Numbered from the stretch's first letter, positions 24,322-36,030 are shown. The stretch: 64,000 bases of DNA from Epithemia pelagica (GCA_946965045.2 OX337239.1:310001-374000), one strand, 5' to 3'. Notes: a model not told the origin generated them from the letters alone. Translations and numbers: made by a program.

Positions 24322-25464
24322 TTAGGTTCGGTAGATTGGAACCTTACCCAATTCCAACAAACGAGAAAATAGCTGACTATTCTTGTCCAAAAGTGAGAGG
24401 GTTTCAATAAACGGTTCTCTCTCATGAAGCCCACCAATCACAGCGATACCATTCGATAAGGAAACCATGCTACAACCATACCTCAACTCTTTCAAGTTGG
24501 GAAGCTTCCAACGCATATGTCTATCGGCATCAAAGACTTCCACAGAAAACGAACTTCCTCGGGGGGTGAATCCTCCTGCAACGACAAGACAGGAACCCAC
24601 TTGGACAACAGCATGTCGCTCTCGAGGCCTAAGATGCTCGTGGATCGTCCAGGACATGGAAGACGGGAACACAGATTCAGCACTATTCGCTGTATCGTCC
24701 AACAACTCGTCAAATTCCAGATGTTCGACTGAGCTCATGGCAAGTCCTCTATGTCTCCCACCAACAGCATATATGCGTTGACGAATCACAGCCATTCCAA
24801 AATAACTTCGAGGTTTTTCCAACGATGGTCCAGATGTGACCAAACATGAATTTCCAAGTGCCGTGTCGAGGATGTCGACCGAAGACCAATCATTATTTCC
24901 ATTGGTCCCACCTGCCACCACAATAAATCTGTCGTGTACAACAGCGGCGGCACATCCCTCTCGTTTTGTAGACAAACGGCAGTTCAACATTGTCCATCCA
25001 CTCGCGCTGCTGGTGGAAGATGAGGATGAATGCGGAAACAACTCCTCAACATTGATGCGCTCGATCGAATCCAAGCTAGAAACGTCTCTTTTTCCCCCAA
25101 TGGCGTAAACAGCGCCATTGCATACCACCGAAGCAAGGCCATTTCGGCTTTCTTGCATAGGGGGTCCTTGTTGCCACTTCGCACGATCACCACAAAATAA
25201 AATAACTGAGTTGGTTGAGGAGTAAGTTCCGTGCAAAACTCCTCCAATAATCACCACAGTCTCGTCGTGTTTCGAGACTGGATGATTCACAACAACCGAC
25301 GTGTGGTACCTCCGATTCCCTCCGAACGGTGGAGGCCAAGGGGCTGGCCTCCATTGCGGTTCTGTTTTATCCTTTTCGTCGGCAAACACCAGACCTGAAA
25401 AGAACGCTTGCTTGTGGATCTCCATTGTAACTATATTCCCTTTTCGGTGCCGTTTTTGTGACAT
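24322..25464 (-). CDS. Kelch-repeat protein 2, 380 aa
   Basis: Clear paralogue of Kelch 1. TAA at 24322-24324 precedes an in-frame 30-aa tail (GKIASDPKIASDEQH...) that Kelch 3 still encodes. Confidence 0.92.
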   Translation of the reverse strand: MSQKRHRKGNIVTMEIHKQAFFSGLVFADEKDKTEPQWRPAPWPPPFGGNRRYHTSVVVNHPVSKHDETVVIIGGVLHGTYSSTNSVILFCGDRAKWQQGPPMQESRNGLASVVCNGAVYAIGGKRDVSSLDSIERINVEELFPHSSSSSTSSASGWTMLNCRLSTKREGCAAAVVHDRFIVVAGGTNGNNDWSSVDILDTALGNSCLVTSGPSLEKPRSYFGMAVIRQRIYAVGGRHRGLAMSSVEHLEFDELLDDTANSAESVFPSSMSWTIHEHLRPRERHAVVQVGSCLVVAGGFTPRGSSFSVEVFDADRHMRWKLPNLKELRYGCSMVSLSNGIAVIGGLHEREPFIETLSLLDKNSQLFSRLLELGKVPIYRT

Positions 25465-25589
25465 GCAATTTCAAGGTAGTCGCCGAAAGTAACTTTGTTT
25501 CGTTCTCGCTCCCACACCACGTTGCTCGAACGGCTAGTGGAGATGGCTTTGTGGGAGCCACGCGCTCGCACACACATGATGTACACGCT

Positions 25590-26760
25590 GCGCGATCTCA
25601 GCAAGCGTTTGGTTCGTTGAACTGGACCGAGCAGTTCTCCAAGAAGCGCGAAAAAACACGAGAGGTGCTGAGAACGGTGGGCATTGTCCAATACAAGCGC
25701 GACATGATATAGCGTGTAACTACCATATCTGAACCGGCGCGAGTTTGTCAAACCATTCTTGGACCATCGGTGGACTGTATCTCGCTTCGTATAACTCGTC
25801 TAGGTCGCACACCACAGACTATGGGAACTACCTAGGGATTTCTTGTCCACACAAACGAGTGCAGTGTCCGTATTGCAATGCCTCTGGGATTGCAGCAGTA
25901 ATAGATATAGGACAGCAGCCGACAGTTACAGAATCCACTACGAAATTGGCCTTATCCTTGTACCAGTTCTTCTCTCCTCTTGTGTTTGTTTGTGAAATGT
26001 GATATTTTCCGTTCCGTGGTCTACTCCAGCACAGTTGTGTGCGCGTACAACGAACCAATGCGGCATTCTTGCAGAGATTCTTCGAGTCCATTTTTTTATC
26101 GGGCTGTTTGCTCTGTGTGGAACCTTTCACTTGATATGACTCAAATTGCTCCAGGATACTAATTTTGAGCACTCGCTTGTCTTGTGTATACATGGCCATC
26201 ATCGTAGTTGTTTAGAAACACTGGATTCGAAATATAGAGCATTGCTATTGCTGGTGGTCGTTGCTAGAGGACCACTCAACTGAGGGAAACAACACACTTG
26301 CGGCATTGCTTTCGTCTCTCGTGCATTGTCAGCAACTAGCGTCCACCATAGACGACAGAACCTAGACTCAACAATTGAACTCAAACAGGTGAAGCACTCG
26401 CTCTGATCTTGAGTACACTCCTTCCCAATAATAAAGCAAGCATTGTCATTCAACACTTGATTCACTCATAGCATTGGCAAGTCTAATGGCAAGTCTACTG
26501 ATCCTGGAACGAAAGCTTGTTTCTTCGAGATGAACCGCCTTCATTCCGCTAGACCGAATGTCACCGGTACTGGCGGATGATTCCACTGGGATCGTGGTGG
26601 AGATCAGTCGACTGTGTGGCCATGGTTCCATGGTCGATCGGTTTCCGAGTTCCGAATGGAAAGAGCGCGCGAATACGCCGGCCGGAATGGGTATGGGGCG
26701 GCCGGTGCGTGTACTCCGAGATGGACGAGTCTATGTAATTGTAGCAGCGTCGGGCGGTGC
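25590..26760. repeat. Diverged duplication upstream of Kelch 2; partner ~36330-37400
   Basis: Collinear shared blocks, e.g. CAACACTTGATTCACTCATA, GGCAAGTCTACTGA(T/C)CCTGGAACGAA and GAGCATTGCTATTGC. Remnant minus-strand peptides WTLVADNARETK vs WTLVVDKAKETK. Ends are approximate. Confidence 0.85.
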
Positions 26761-26989
26761 AGTGTCTCGACAGGCACCACATCTCTTTTGCTCGCAGATG
26801 CGTATACAGAATACAGAATACGTATTACGAATACCATGTACAGAAATCATCTCCAGAAGGGCCATGATCTCGCCATGAACGTCTTTCGAGTAGTGACTCT
26901 TCGGTACGCAATTGGAATGGGTCTTTGGGACAGGTCGGTTGCTGTTGGAGAGTAGTGCTCAGACTGCCGTGATCTGGACGGTACAGATG

Positions 26990-28615
26990 ATTCGCAAAAA
27001 GAAGAGAATCGCTTGCAAGCTCGTCGAGGGCTTCTAACGAAAGCAGATTCATCATTTTTGTCAGCACATGCCTTGGACAAGGAGAATGCCCAAAGTTCAA
27101 TCGAATCGGTTCTTTCTCAGTCAATGGAAGTCTTCCGAAATTGGGACCAGACCTCCAATCTGTCAAACAATGACTTGATCTTCAATACTGTCCGAGACAA
27201 ACGAAACCTGACTTGTATCCCGCATAAGCCTCCTATGGAGAAGATCTGTACTTCGGGAGTTGTTCCGTATTTGCATCGTGTCCTACAACAACTGGATGAT
27301 TATCTACAACTGCAGTTCGAGTCAACATGGGCCCTGACAAATATGACATCATCTACCTCGAACACAGTGGTTTCCTCTGTGGCAGAGTTCCCTGGCATGG
27401 TACATGAGCTAGGGCGACTGGTTGTGTTCGGTAAAACGGCCGATTTACGCTTTTAGTCGGCGTGGTGCATTGGCAACATCGCGGCCGAATCGTCCAAATA
27501 CAGAGATGGGCTTCTCAAAATGGATTCCGTAAGAAATGGATTTGTTCAAAACATTATCAGCCCCAAGACGAAAACACTCCTTGGACACTTTAAATGGGCT
27601 CTTAGTAACATTCTTAGAGACAGTTCCCATCGCGATATCGTGGAAACAAAGTGTTTCGTACGCCCGCTGGTGAGGATCCTCGAAGAATCTTCAAGAGACA
27701 ATGTCCAGCTGAGGTTGGACGTTTGCTACTGTCTTCAATATCTTGCGGAAGGCAATGTAGAAGATGGAAGTCGCCCACAACTCCTGATTGACTTCTTCAA
27801 GGTGCTCCCTACCTTGAATAAAGTTCTCCAAGACGAAGTGACTTCAAAATGCCCGACCCCCAAGCTTCTTGTACGTCTTACTCGATGCTTCGGAATGATT
27901 GCCTCCGGAAACGCAATGCAAACAGACTTGTTATTATCCACGGGGATTCTTGACTTCATCGTTCCATTGGTACACGTCAAGAACAAGGCAGTTGTAAATG
28001 AGACAATGTGGCTACTCTCCAACATTGCCGGAGGGACGAAAGACCAGGCGGAAGCTCCGGCGAAACGGAGCCGCATTTTGAGGGAGTTCGTGAAGGCCTC
28101 CCACTCCGACAATTGGGCCACACGGAAAGAGGGTTTGTGGACCCTTTGTAATCTCCTTTCGAATAATTCTCCAACACAAACGATAGCTGTTGTAAGCGCG
28201 GGGGCGATTTTGCCGTTTTCCGCGAGTCTCCAAATATCAGAATCCGATCTGTTGATATCGATCTTGGATAGCCTATATAGGATGCTGGTCTATGATGCTA
28301 ACCAACCGAATAACAACATGCCGACTGTAATCGAGGAAGAAGGGGGACTCGATGCTATCGAAGCACTGTTGAATCATCGGAACGATCAAGTATACGAGAA
28401 AGTCCTGAAGATAATTGAAGATCATTTCGGGACTGAACCCGACTTAGCGGAAGAAGATCCCAACGCTGGTCCCAAACTTTTTCGGGCTTTCGCCCTCTGC
28501 AAAGAATTTGTTTCCTGCGGACTGTTCAGTCATTGGAGGGGTTGGAAACTCAAAGGGCGTCTGCTCAATGTCGGGCGGTGTTGTGTCTCCCTCCTGTTTC
28601 GGTCGGCTGCGATGA
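26990..28615 (+). pseudogene. Divergent importin-alpha (karyopherin alpha) copy, intronless, 5'-truncated
   Basis: Partial IBB IRKKK..NRLQARR with a frameshift. ARM motifs LQFESTWALTN, AWCIGNIAAE, ETMWLLSNIAGG, KEGLWTLCN and GGLDAIEALLNHRNDQVYEK are present. There is an in-frame TAG at 27454-27456 and a frameshift near 28472. Confidence 0.9.
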
Positions 28616-28769
28616 CGGCAATGCCAACGAACATGCCCATGGAATTTGCGGTGATAGAATCGACTCGCAACAATCAACGACAGAAATTTTGTTTGTGGAG
28701 TAGTCGTCATACATTGGTGGTGTCGCTGCAAGCGCAGTTCTGAAGTGTGTGACATCATAAACAGGTGAG

Positions 28770-28983
28770 AACTCTGAGTCTGGGGGTCTGGTAGGTAGAA
28801 CTCGGCTTCCATTCCGTGAAACTCCCGAACCGTTGCTTGGAAGTTAGTATCTGCGGGTCTTTCTCCAGTCCAAGGGTGAATGCCCGTCAATCCACCAAGC
28901 CGCGGTCTTGTCGGTGCAACGCTTACTCGCGGTGTAGGCGGTGGTGGTGGCCTCTGAGGCGGTCTCAATGGAGCTGTAGCCAT
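28770..28983 (-). pseudogene. N-terminal gag-like fragment
   Basis: ATG lies ~95 nt after the PBS. MATAP...PPPPP...PRLGGLTGIHPWTG resembles N-termini of diatom Copia polyproteins as I recall them. The 3' limit is uncertain. Confidence 0.55.
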
Positions 28984-29078
28984 GGTCGATTCCAGTCTTC
29001 CAGTTTCCTCGTTTCAAACTTGGTTTGATCCCGTTCTCGTCGTCGTTGTATCAGCAATGCTCTTACAACTCGCTACTT

Positions 29079-29090
29079 GGGCTCACAACC
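29079..29090 (-). other. Primer-binding site GGTTGTGAGCCC (copia-type half-tRNA-iMet PBS)
   Basis: Immediately follows the LTR terminal CA; 10/12 match to the copia PBS GGTTATGGGCCC as I recall it. Confidence 0.75.
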
Positions 29091-29314
29091 TGCCGTGATC
29101 TGAACGGTACAGATGCAATGGATGTTGTACGCAACAGAGACGATACTCTGATATGGTCAACAAGCAGCAAGGAAGATGTTGGAAGAGATGCAATACAACA
29201 ATCAAACAGTTCGAAATTATGATTCGGGACAAGAGGGGAGAGATTTTATCTACCTTAGTGGCTCGACTCGCTCGCTGTACAATACTACCCCAGCTATACC
29301 TCACTTCCGTGACA
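29091..29314 (-). repeat. 5' LTR, 224 bp (TGTCACGG...TCACGGCA on the minus strand)
   Basis: Bounded by the TSD on one side and the PBS on the other. Confidence 0.82.
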
Positions 29315-30280
29315 CAGACTTGCATTGTCCTCAAGGCCCTTCACAAGTTCGACATCACTGAACACTGAACCGATTGTGCCTGTGGAGGATCGTCGGCCAC
29401 CACTGCCAACGTGGGCCAAGCACTGAGTTCCGTTTCCTTGACACATTGTACCAAGCTCCAATTGTTGCATCTCAATGCCAGTTCCTGGCGGGACCATCCG
29501 CACACATTGGATCTCAGTGACTGTCGCACTACGGACCAGGGATTTCAAGCCTTTTGTCCGGGACTCCTAGAGAAGATGATGATGATGAGGGGGAGAAGAA
29601 TGGACGAACGAACCACAACAACAATGGTCCTGCAGTCTGTGTTTGCCCCTTCGAACCTTGGTGTTGCGAGGGAACAAGCTCACACGCAAATCGTTGCCAT
29701 GTGAGTCTATGTAAAACCTCCTTGTTTCACCAAGCCACTCCAAACGAGGTCGAATCGTTTGTCCACGCACTGAAAAACACACTTGCCTCCAAACGCTGGA
29801 CGTGTCATCTTGCGACATGGACAAGGCCACACTCCCCTTGGTCTTGGACGCCTTTTGCGATTCAACCACCGACTCGCTTCCATGGATCTGAGCGACAATC
29901 CCTTTCACCAAAAGGAGTACAACGAGAAGGCACTGTCGTTGAACTAATTGATGCCTGTCGGGGCACAATGGACCACCTTGTCGACGCTTACCATCCAACA
30001 AAACCACAGACATGCCTTCTGTGGACAGAACTCCCTGAACAGGGACCGACCGACTCGACTACTTACTACAAGGCTGCTGTGCCAGGAATTTGTCCTGGCT
30101 TTGCGGCTAGCTCACCTACAATCCATAGCTTTTATTGTACCTTGTCTCACCATTTCGAACCGCGAGAAAGTATCACTCAACTAGAGAAAGCAAGACTCAA
30201 GCCATACCTTTCGCAAAGTTCCACTGGCTGAACGATCAAGCATCGTAAATACAATACAACACCAGTTTTACTTTGAGCCT

Positions 30281-31492
30281 TTAACTGTATGTAGACTCTG
30301 TGACGCGATTTGCAGTTTTCTTGCTATGATGCTGCTCATCCGATGCTATCTTTGAGTTCGAAGCTATCTTCCCTCGGGCTCGGTAATCGACTGGAACCTT
30401 ACCCATTTCCAACAAACGAGCAAATAGCTGACTACTCTTGTCCACAAGTGAGAGGGTTTCACACGACTCTGTCGCACCATTCCCACCAATCACAGAGATA
30501 CCATTCGACATGGAAACCATGCTACAACCATACCTCGACTCTTTCAAGTTGGGAAGCTCCCAACACATACGTTTATCGGCATCTAGAACTTGCACAGAAT
30601 TCCAATCTTCACCGTGGGTAAATCCTCCTGCAACGACAAGACAAGAACCCACTTGAACTACAGCATGAAGCTCTCGAGGCGACTTGAGACTAAGATGCTC
30701 GTGGATCGTCCAGGACTTGGACAATGCGAACACAGATTCCGCATTATTCGCTGTATCGTCCAACAAGCTACCAAATTCCAGATATTCGACCGAGTTCGAG
30801 GGATCAATATTGATCCCACCAACAGCATAAATGCGTTGGCGAATGACAGCCATTCCAAAATACCTTCGAGGTTTTCCCAACGATGGTCCAGATGTGACAG
30901 TACATGAATTTCCACATGTCGTGTCGAGGATGTCAACCGATGATAAATCATTCAATCCATTCAATCCATTGAACCCCCCGGCCACTACAATAAATCGGTC
31001 ATGTACAACAGCGGCGGCACACCCCTCTCGTTTTGTAGACAAACGACAGTTCAACATCCTCCATCCATTCGCGTTGATGGCGGAAGATGAGGATAAATGC
31101 TGAAACAGCTCCCAAACATGGATACGTTCAATCGAATCCAAGCACGATGCGCGGTTGTACCCACCAATGGCGTAAACAGCGCCATTGCATACCACCGAAA
31201 CATGACCATTTCGGCTTTCTTGCATAGGGGGTCCTTGTTGCCACTTCGCACGATTACCACATAGTAGAATAACTGAATTTGTTGTGGAGAAAATTTCCTG
31301 CAAAACTCCTCCGATAATCACCACAGTCTCGTGGTGTTTCGAGACTGGATGAGGCACAACAACCGACGTGTGGTACCTCCGATTCCCTCCTAGCAGTGAA
31401 GGCCAAGCGGGTGGCCTCCATTGCGGTTCTGTTTTGTCCTTTTCGTCGGCAAACACCGGTCCAGACAAGAGCGCTTGTTCTTGGATCTCCAT
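30281..31492 (-). CDS. Kelch-repeat protein 3, ~403 aa
   Basis: Intact paralogue from ATG 31492 (MEIQEQALLSG...). Confidence 0.92.
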   Translation of the reverse strand: MEIQEQALLSGPVFADEKDKTEPQWRPPAWPSLLGGNRRYHTSVVVPHPVSKHHETVVIIGGVLQEIFSTTNSVILLCGNRAKWQQGPPMQESRNGHVSVVCNGAVYAIGGYNRASCLDSIERIHVWELFQHLSSSSAINANGWRMLNCRLSTKREGCAAAVVHDRFIVVAGGFNGLNGLNDLSSVDILDTTCGNSCTVTSGPSLGKPRRYFGMAVIRQRIYAVGGINIDPSNSVEYLEFGSLLDDTANNAESVFALSKSWTIHEHLSLKSPRELHAVVQVGSCLVVAGGFTHGEDWNSVQVLDADKRMCWELPNLKESRYGCSMVSMSNGISVIGGNGATESCETLSLVDKSSQLFARLLEMGKVPVDYRARGKIASNSKIASDEQHHSKKTANRVTESTYS

Positions 31493-32706
31493 ATATGGAA
31501 ATATTGCGATTTCTTTGTACAAATGACGTTCTCGGAGCGATCGACTGTTGTTTTGATGGGACGTTCTCTTTATCCAACTCTAGAGCCACCGTTAATTCTG
31601 AGTGAAAGCACAGATGTTACATCAACGAATCACATGTGTGCTGGGTGCATTTCGACAAGTGGAGCACGTTTTGAAGCGTAGGACAGCATTTTACGTGGTC
31701 ATTTCCATCTTGGTTTCCTAGCAATTTGGAGGCGAGCAATCCACGATCGTTCTTGATCGAACACATATGCTGTTTTCAAAGGTACATAATTTATATTGGC
31801 TCAACAAGTTTTGCTCAGAAGGAACGTGAACGAGCATGCCTCCAAGAGTACGTTCGTGAGAACGACAGAGGTACTGCACTCTACGCTCGATCCAAAACAA
31901 GCGACATGGAATTTATAGCGTGGCGCTCATATATTATTTGCGACCCGAAGGAATTGTTTTGTGAAAGATCTGTGAAACCCTGATGACAGAGAAGCTCTCT
32001 TGATTGGCGGTAAAACCTCGCACACCTTCTTTGTCCACTGAAGACGACAGAACTTAGTGCTCTTGAGTACCAAGGGTGAAGCATCAATTGTCTTTGATCC
32101 CTCGATTGTTGAATGAGCGACTTTTCCTTGAAATCTTCCTCCCGATTGCCCCAGACAGTTTGCAACCAGCTCGGATCCTTCCACGCTGACCAAAATGATG
32201 GAAAGTGGCCGTCTTTGGTGTTGACAGTCACGAATATTGAATGATGTCATGCGGCATCGCGATCAATGGGTCCATAAAGGATAACACATTCTTCAAGTTC
32301 TCATGATCACGTATGATCAAATAAATGGGACCAGTTGCAAGTTGATTAGTACCAGCGATGAGAATAGCAGCATCCATGTGATCCTCCTCATCGGACTACC
32401 GGTAGACGCTTCTCGGAAGTCGGGTTAATGTCCCTGTTGCAAAAGTTGTCCTATCTATCCAGCAAGATGAGCCACAGAGGAATCATTTTCCATTTATTGC
32501 GTCTTGAAAGAACCTGAAACGACACATGGGTCTCCATACCACATGGTCGATCTATTGTCAGTCGATCGCGACGAGCGACGAGATGGTTTGTCGCGCCTAG
32601 CTCGCTCCTGACGCTGACTACCTCTACTGCTCCCTCTAGTAGTAGCTAGCTAGAGAGTAGAGTACATAGCTCCTCGCTGACCGCTCTCGTCTTTTGGCAG
32701 TTCACC

Positions 32707-34497
32707 ATGTCCTCGTCAAACTACGCTTCCGCTTTTGCACCGCCGCTCTTGTATTCCTCGCAATGGCAAGCACTTCGTCAACAGCAGCAACTACAACAAC
32801 AACGACATCGACGACGACACCCCCCAAAAGAACAGCAGAGACCATTGAAGCGGCACATGCATTGGAGCCACAAGTGTTTGATTGGTGGAAGCTTGTTCTA
32901 TCTGCTTCTGATTTGGTATAGCAACACCATTCTTCGACATGAACCAAAACCACAAGAGTCTCCCGAAATGTCGTCTTCTCTTTGGTATTATCGAGATTGG
33001 GATACTTTGACAACTGAAGTCGCTCTTTGGTGGCATTCGTTTGAACATCCGAACCATGACACGTCCAAAAACTACTCGACCGATAACCAGGACAACAACG
33101 AGACTCGAATTCGAAAAATGGTACAACGAGCATTTTGGTTGTACCAACATAAGGATGTACCACGTCAAGAATCCCAAGAATCGTCTGCCCAAAAACGGCA
33201 ACGATTGGAACAAATTTCGTACATTCAACAACACATTTTGTGGTCCGGAAATTCAACCACCCAACAATCAAAATCACTTGAGCCATCTTGTGTCTTGTTG
33301 CTGCATGGTTTGCCACGATCCTTGGAACGTCGTGTCTTGCCAACTTGGTTGCGTTTTGTCTTGATTCCCAATCTGCTGCAGTATCAGTGTCATGTGGTGG
33401 CCTACACAGATGCCAAAACACATGAAGCACCGGGAAGATCGGGATGGGGTGGGCCCTTGGATCCTACCGCTGTATCACGGCTCTTGCCCCTCGCCGTACA
33501 ATTGACATGGCAAGAAATTTGTCGTCATCGAGCCTTGTCGTCTGCAACATCAACAAGCATGCCACAATCAACATCATTGTCCCCACCGTTGGTGGTGGTG
33601 GACCAGTATACCGACGAAGAGGTGCAACAAGCGCATGCGGAATTGTGGCATGACATTCGAACCGTTCGAGATAATTCAACATCATTGTCCCAAACCAACT
33701 ATAAACGATTGCCACCCTTGTGGTATGTTCCACAAGGATTTACACAAACGGCCGCAGACAACATTGTCACCATGTGGCATGCCATTCAAGGCGTCTATGA
33801 ACTGGCCCAAAGAACGGCTCGGAAACACGGCCTTGAGTTTGTTCGAATGGGTGTTTTTCGCGCCGATGTTGTCTATACGACTCCGATTGATATTTTTCGG
33901 TATCCGACAAGTGTCAACCACAAATCGCACTATGCCTGGGATGTGAACAATACCGTGGCAGTCTTGCCCGGCTTTGCCCAAAATCCTGTCAATGATCGTT
34001 TGTTTTACGGACCTACTGATCCAGCTGTCCACGTTTATGCTACACAACGATTTCCGACCATTCGCTCCTTTGTCCTCTCGCGACCTGGACAAGGAGTGGG
34101 CATGCATCCCGAAACCTTTGTCCACGAATCACTCCTTCCCCAAATGACAAACCCGCAACCACAAGAACAACCACATTCAAAACATGCACCCACCAAACCG
34201 ATTCAAGTGGTGACGGATCCCGACCTTTGTTTCGCACGGGTCCGAGCCGATGCTTCGGTCTGGGTCAATGACTGCGATATTCAAGCGCCCACCAATCGGA
34301 CCGGCAGTACTATTGGTCATGTGTTGCAGACACTGCAACAAACCCTCGGGCACGCCTGTGGCATTACCGGGCCGATTGCCCAGTACAAACAAATGAGGGC
34401 ACCCAAATTTGTCGTCCAAGCGCAATGTCGCGATGGGAATAGCATTCCCAACGACACCAACCACACGACCATCCTCACCAAGACCAGAAACCGATAG
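32707..34497 (+). CDS. Type II membrane protein, putative glycosyltransferase-like, 596 aa
   Basis: One N-proximal TM helix, then LHGLPRSL...VLP, RMGVFRADVVYTTPIDI and VNDRLFYG. Function is inferred only. Confidence 0.7.
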   Translation: MSSSNYASAFAPPLLYSSQWQALRQQQQLQQQRHRRRHPPKEQQRPLKRHMHWSHKCLIGGSLFYLLLIWYSNTILRHEPKPQESPEMSSSLWYYRDWDTLTTEVALWWHSFEHPNHDTSKNYSTDNQDNNETRIRKMVQRAFWLYQHKDVPRQESQESSAQKRQRLEQISYIQQHILWSGNSTTQQSKSLEPSCVLLLHGLPRSLERRVLPTWLRFVLIPNLLQYQCHVVAYTDAKTHEAPGRSGWGGPLDPTAVSRLLPLAVQLTWQEICRHRALSSATSTSMPQSTSLSPPLVVVDQYTDEEVQQAHAELWHDIRTVRDNSTSLSQTNYKRLPPLWYVPQGFTQTAADNIVTMWHAIQGVYELAQRTARKHGLEFVRMGVFRADVVYTTPIDIFRYPTSVNHKSHYAWDVNNTVAVLPGFAQNPVNDRLFYGPTDPAVHVYATQRFPTIRSFVLSRPGQGVGMHPETFVHESLLPQMTNPQPQEQPHSKHAPTKPIQVVTDPDLCFARVRADASVWVNDCDIQAPTNRTGSTIGHVLQTLQQTLGHACGITGPIAQYKQMRAPKFVVQAQCRDGNSIPNDTNHTTILTKTRNR

Positions 34498-34926
34498 ATG
34501 TTTGACAGCAATCCCAATCACGGACAAACACACAAACAAAAAGGTGAATTTCGGCTTGCCCGAATGAGTAAAACAACAGAAACCACTGTTGCTGCAAAAG
34601 TACCGAGATTGTGTTGCTGTCATTGCGAGGAAAGAGCTCATTGTTAAACGTTTCGTATGGAGACGGCTAGTGTTTAGTTCTATTTCACCCTTCGGGCCTC
34701 CCGGAAAATTCTCGATGCATTACAGAATGAATTGTGAACCAAACATGCAACTTTGATTCGAAGCCATTCTAGAACAAACTAATAACTAATACCATTTCCC
34801 TTCGTTTAACACGAGCGGCCGATACATGGAGAAAATTCTTGACCTCGTTTTGGAATTTCTAACATCGATTGGATTCTTGAGAGCAATGACAGGTTGATAT
34901 ACCTCTAGTCCCCCTTATTGTATCTC

Positions 34927-36030
34927 TCATAAGGTTGGAACTTTGCCGATATCCAACAAACTAGTAAATAGCCAACTGTTCATGTCCACGAGTGAAATCG
35001 TCTGGCACGAGCTTGTAGCGTCAAAACCTCCTATCACAACGATGCCATTCAATAAGGAAACCATGCTACAACCATGCTCCGACTCTTTCAAGTTGGGAAG
35101 CTGCCAACACATGTGTTTTGTCGCATCTAGAACTTCCACAGTAGCGTTGTTACCAGCCTTCCCTCCTGCAACAACAAGACAGGACCCCACTTGGACAACA
35201 GCAGTATGTAGTGCTGGAAACTTCAGAATTAATTCCTTGTGGATCATCCAGGACTTCGACATTGGGAACACAGATTCTGAACTATTCGCTGTATCGTCCG
35301 ACAAGTCATCAAACTCCAGATATTCGACTGAGCTCAGGGCATCCCAGCTATTGCACCCACCAACAGCATAAATGCGTTGTCGGATCACAGCCATTCCAAA
35401 ATAACTTCGAGGTTTTCCCAACGATGGTCCGGATGTAACGGTACATCCATCTCCACTTGCCGTGTCGAGGATGTCAACTGATGATAAACTATTATTTCCA
35501 CCGCATCCCCATCCCCCTGCCACCACAATAAATCTGTCATGTACAACAGCGGCGGCACACCCCTCTCGTTTTGTAGACAAACGACAGTTCAACATCCTCC
35601 ATCCATTCGCGTTGATGGCGGAAGATGAGGATAAATGCTGAAACAGCTCCCAAACATGGATACGTTCAATCGAATCCAAGCACGATGCGCCGTTGTATCC
35701 ACCAATGGCGTAAACGACGCCATCGCATACAACCGAAACATGAGCATTTCGGCTTTGTTGCATAGGGGGTCCTTGTTGCCACTCCTTGCCATCAACAGGT
35801 AAAAGAATCACCGAGTTTGTGAGCTTGACATTTTCAATGTAGCGTCCTCCTAATACAACGACAACCTCCTCGCTCTTCCTGCTTGGATGACGCACAACAA
35901 TCGATGCATGGTACCTCCGATTTCCTCCTAGCAGTGGAGGCCAAGCAGGTGGCCTCCATTGCGGTTTGGTTTTGTCCTTGTCGTCGGCAAGCACCAGACC
36001 TGAAAGTACGGCTTTTTCGATGATCTTCAT
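34927..36030 (-). CDS. Kelch-repeat protein 4, 367 aa
   Basis: Intact intronless paralogue. Confidence 0.92.
   Translation of the reverse strand: MKIIEKAVLSGLVLADDKDKTKPQWRPPAWPPLLGGNRRYHASIVVRHPSRKSEEVVVVLGGRYIENVKLTNSVILLPVDGKEWQQGPPMQQSRNAHVSVVCDGVVYAIGGYNGASCLDSIERIHVWELFQHLSSSSAINANGWRMLNCRLSTKREGCAAAVVHDRFIVVAGGWGCGGNNSLSSVDILDTASGDGCTVTSGPSLGKPRSYFGMAVIRQRIYAVGGCNSWDALSSVEYLEFDDLSDDTANSSESVFPMSKSWMIHKELILKFPALHTAVVQVGSCLVVAGGKAGNNATVEVLDATKHMCWQLPNLKESEHGCSMVSLLNGIVVIGGFDATSSCQTISLVDMNSWLFTSLLDIGKVPTL

Larger units (their letters stand above)
26965..29314 (-). mobile_element. Rearranged Ty1/Copia-type LTR retroelement remnant (2350 bp) with 5-bp TSD CAGAC
   Basis: TSD at 26960-26964 and 29315-29319; TG...CA termini. 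26964-26989 matches 29090-29115 at 25 of 26 nt (LTR end). A PBS and gag start are present; no RT or integrase remains. Confidence 0.88.
26866..30130 (+). pseudogene. Second RNI-like LRR gene, split by an insertion and frameshifted
   Basis: Removing 26965-29319 restores QLEWVFGTGRLLLESSAQTCIVLKALHK, versus QLEWVFVTGRLLLENPAQACIVLEALHN in the 22390 gene. The 3' part has deletions and frameshifts. Confidence 0.92.
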
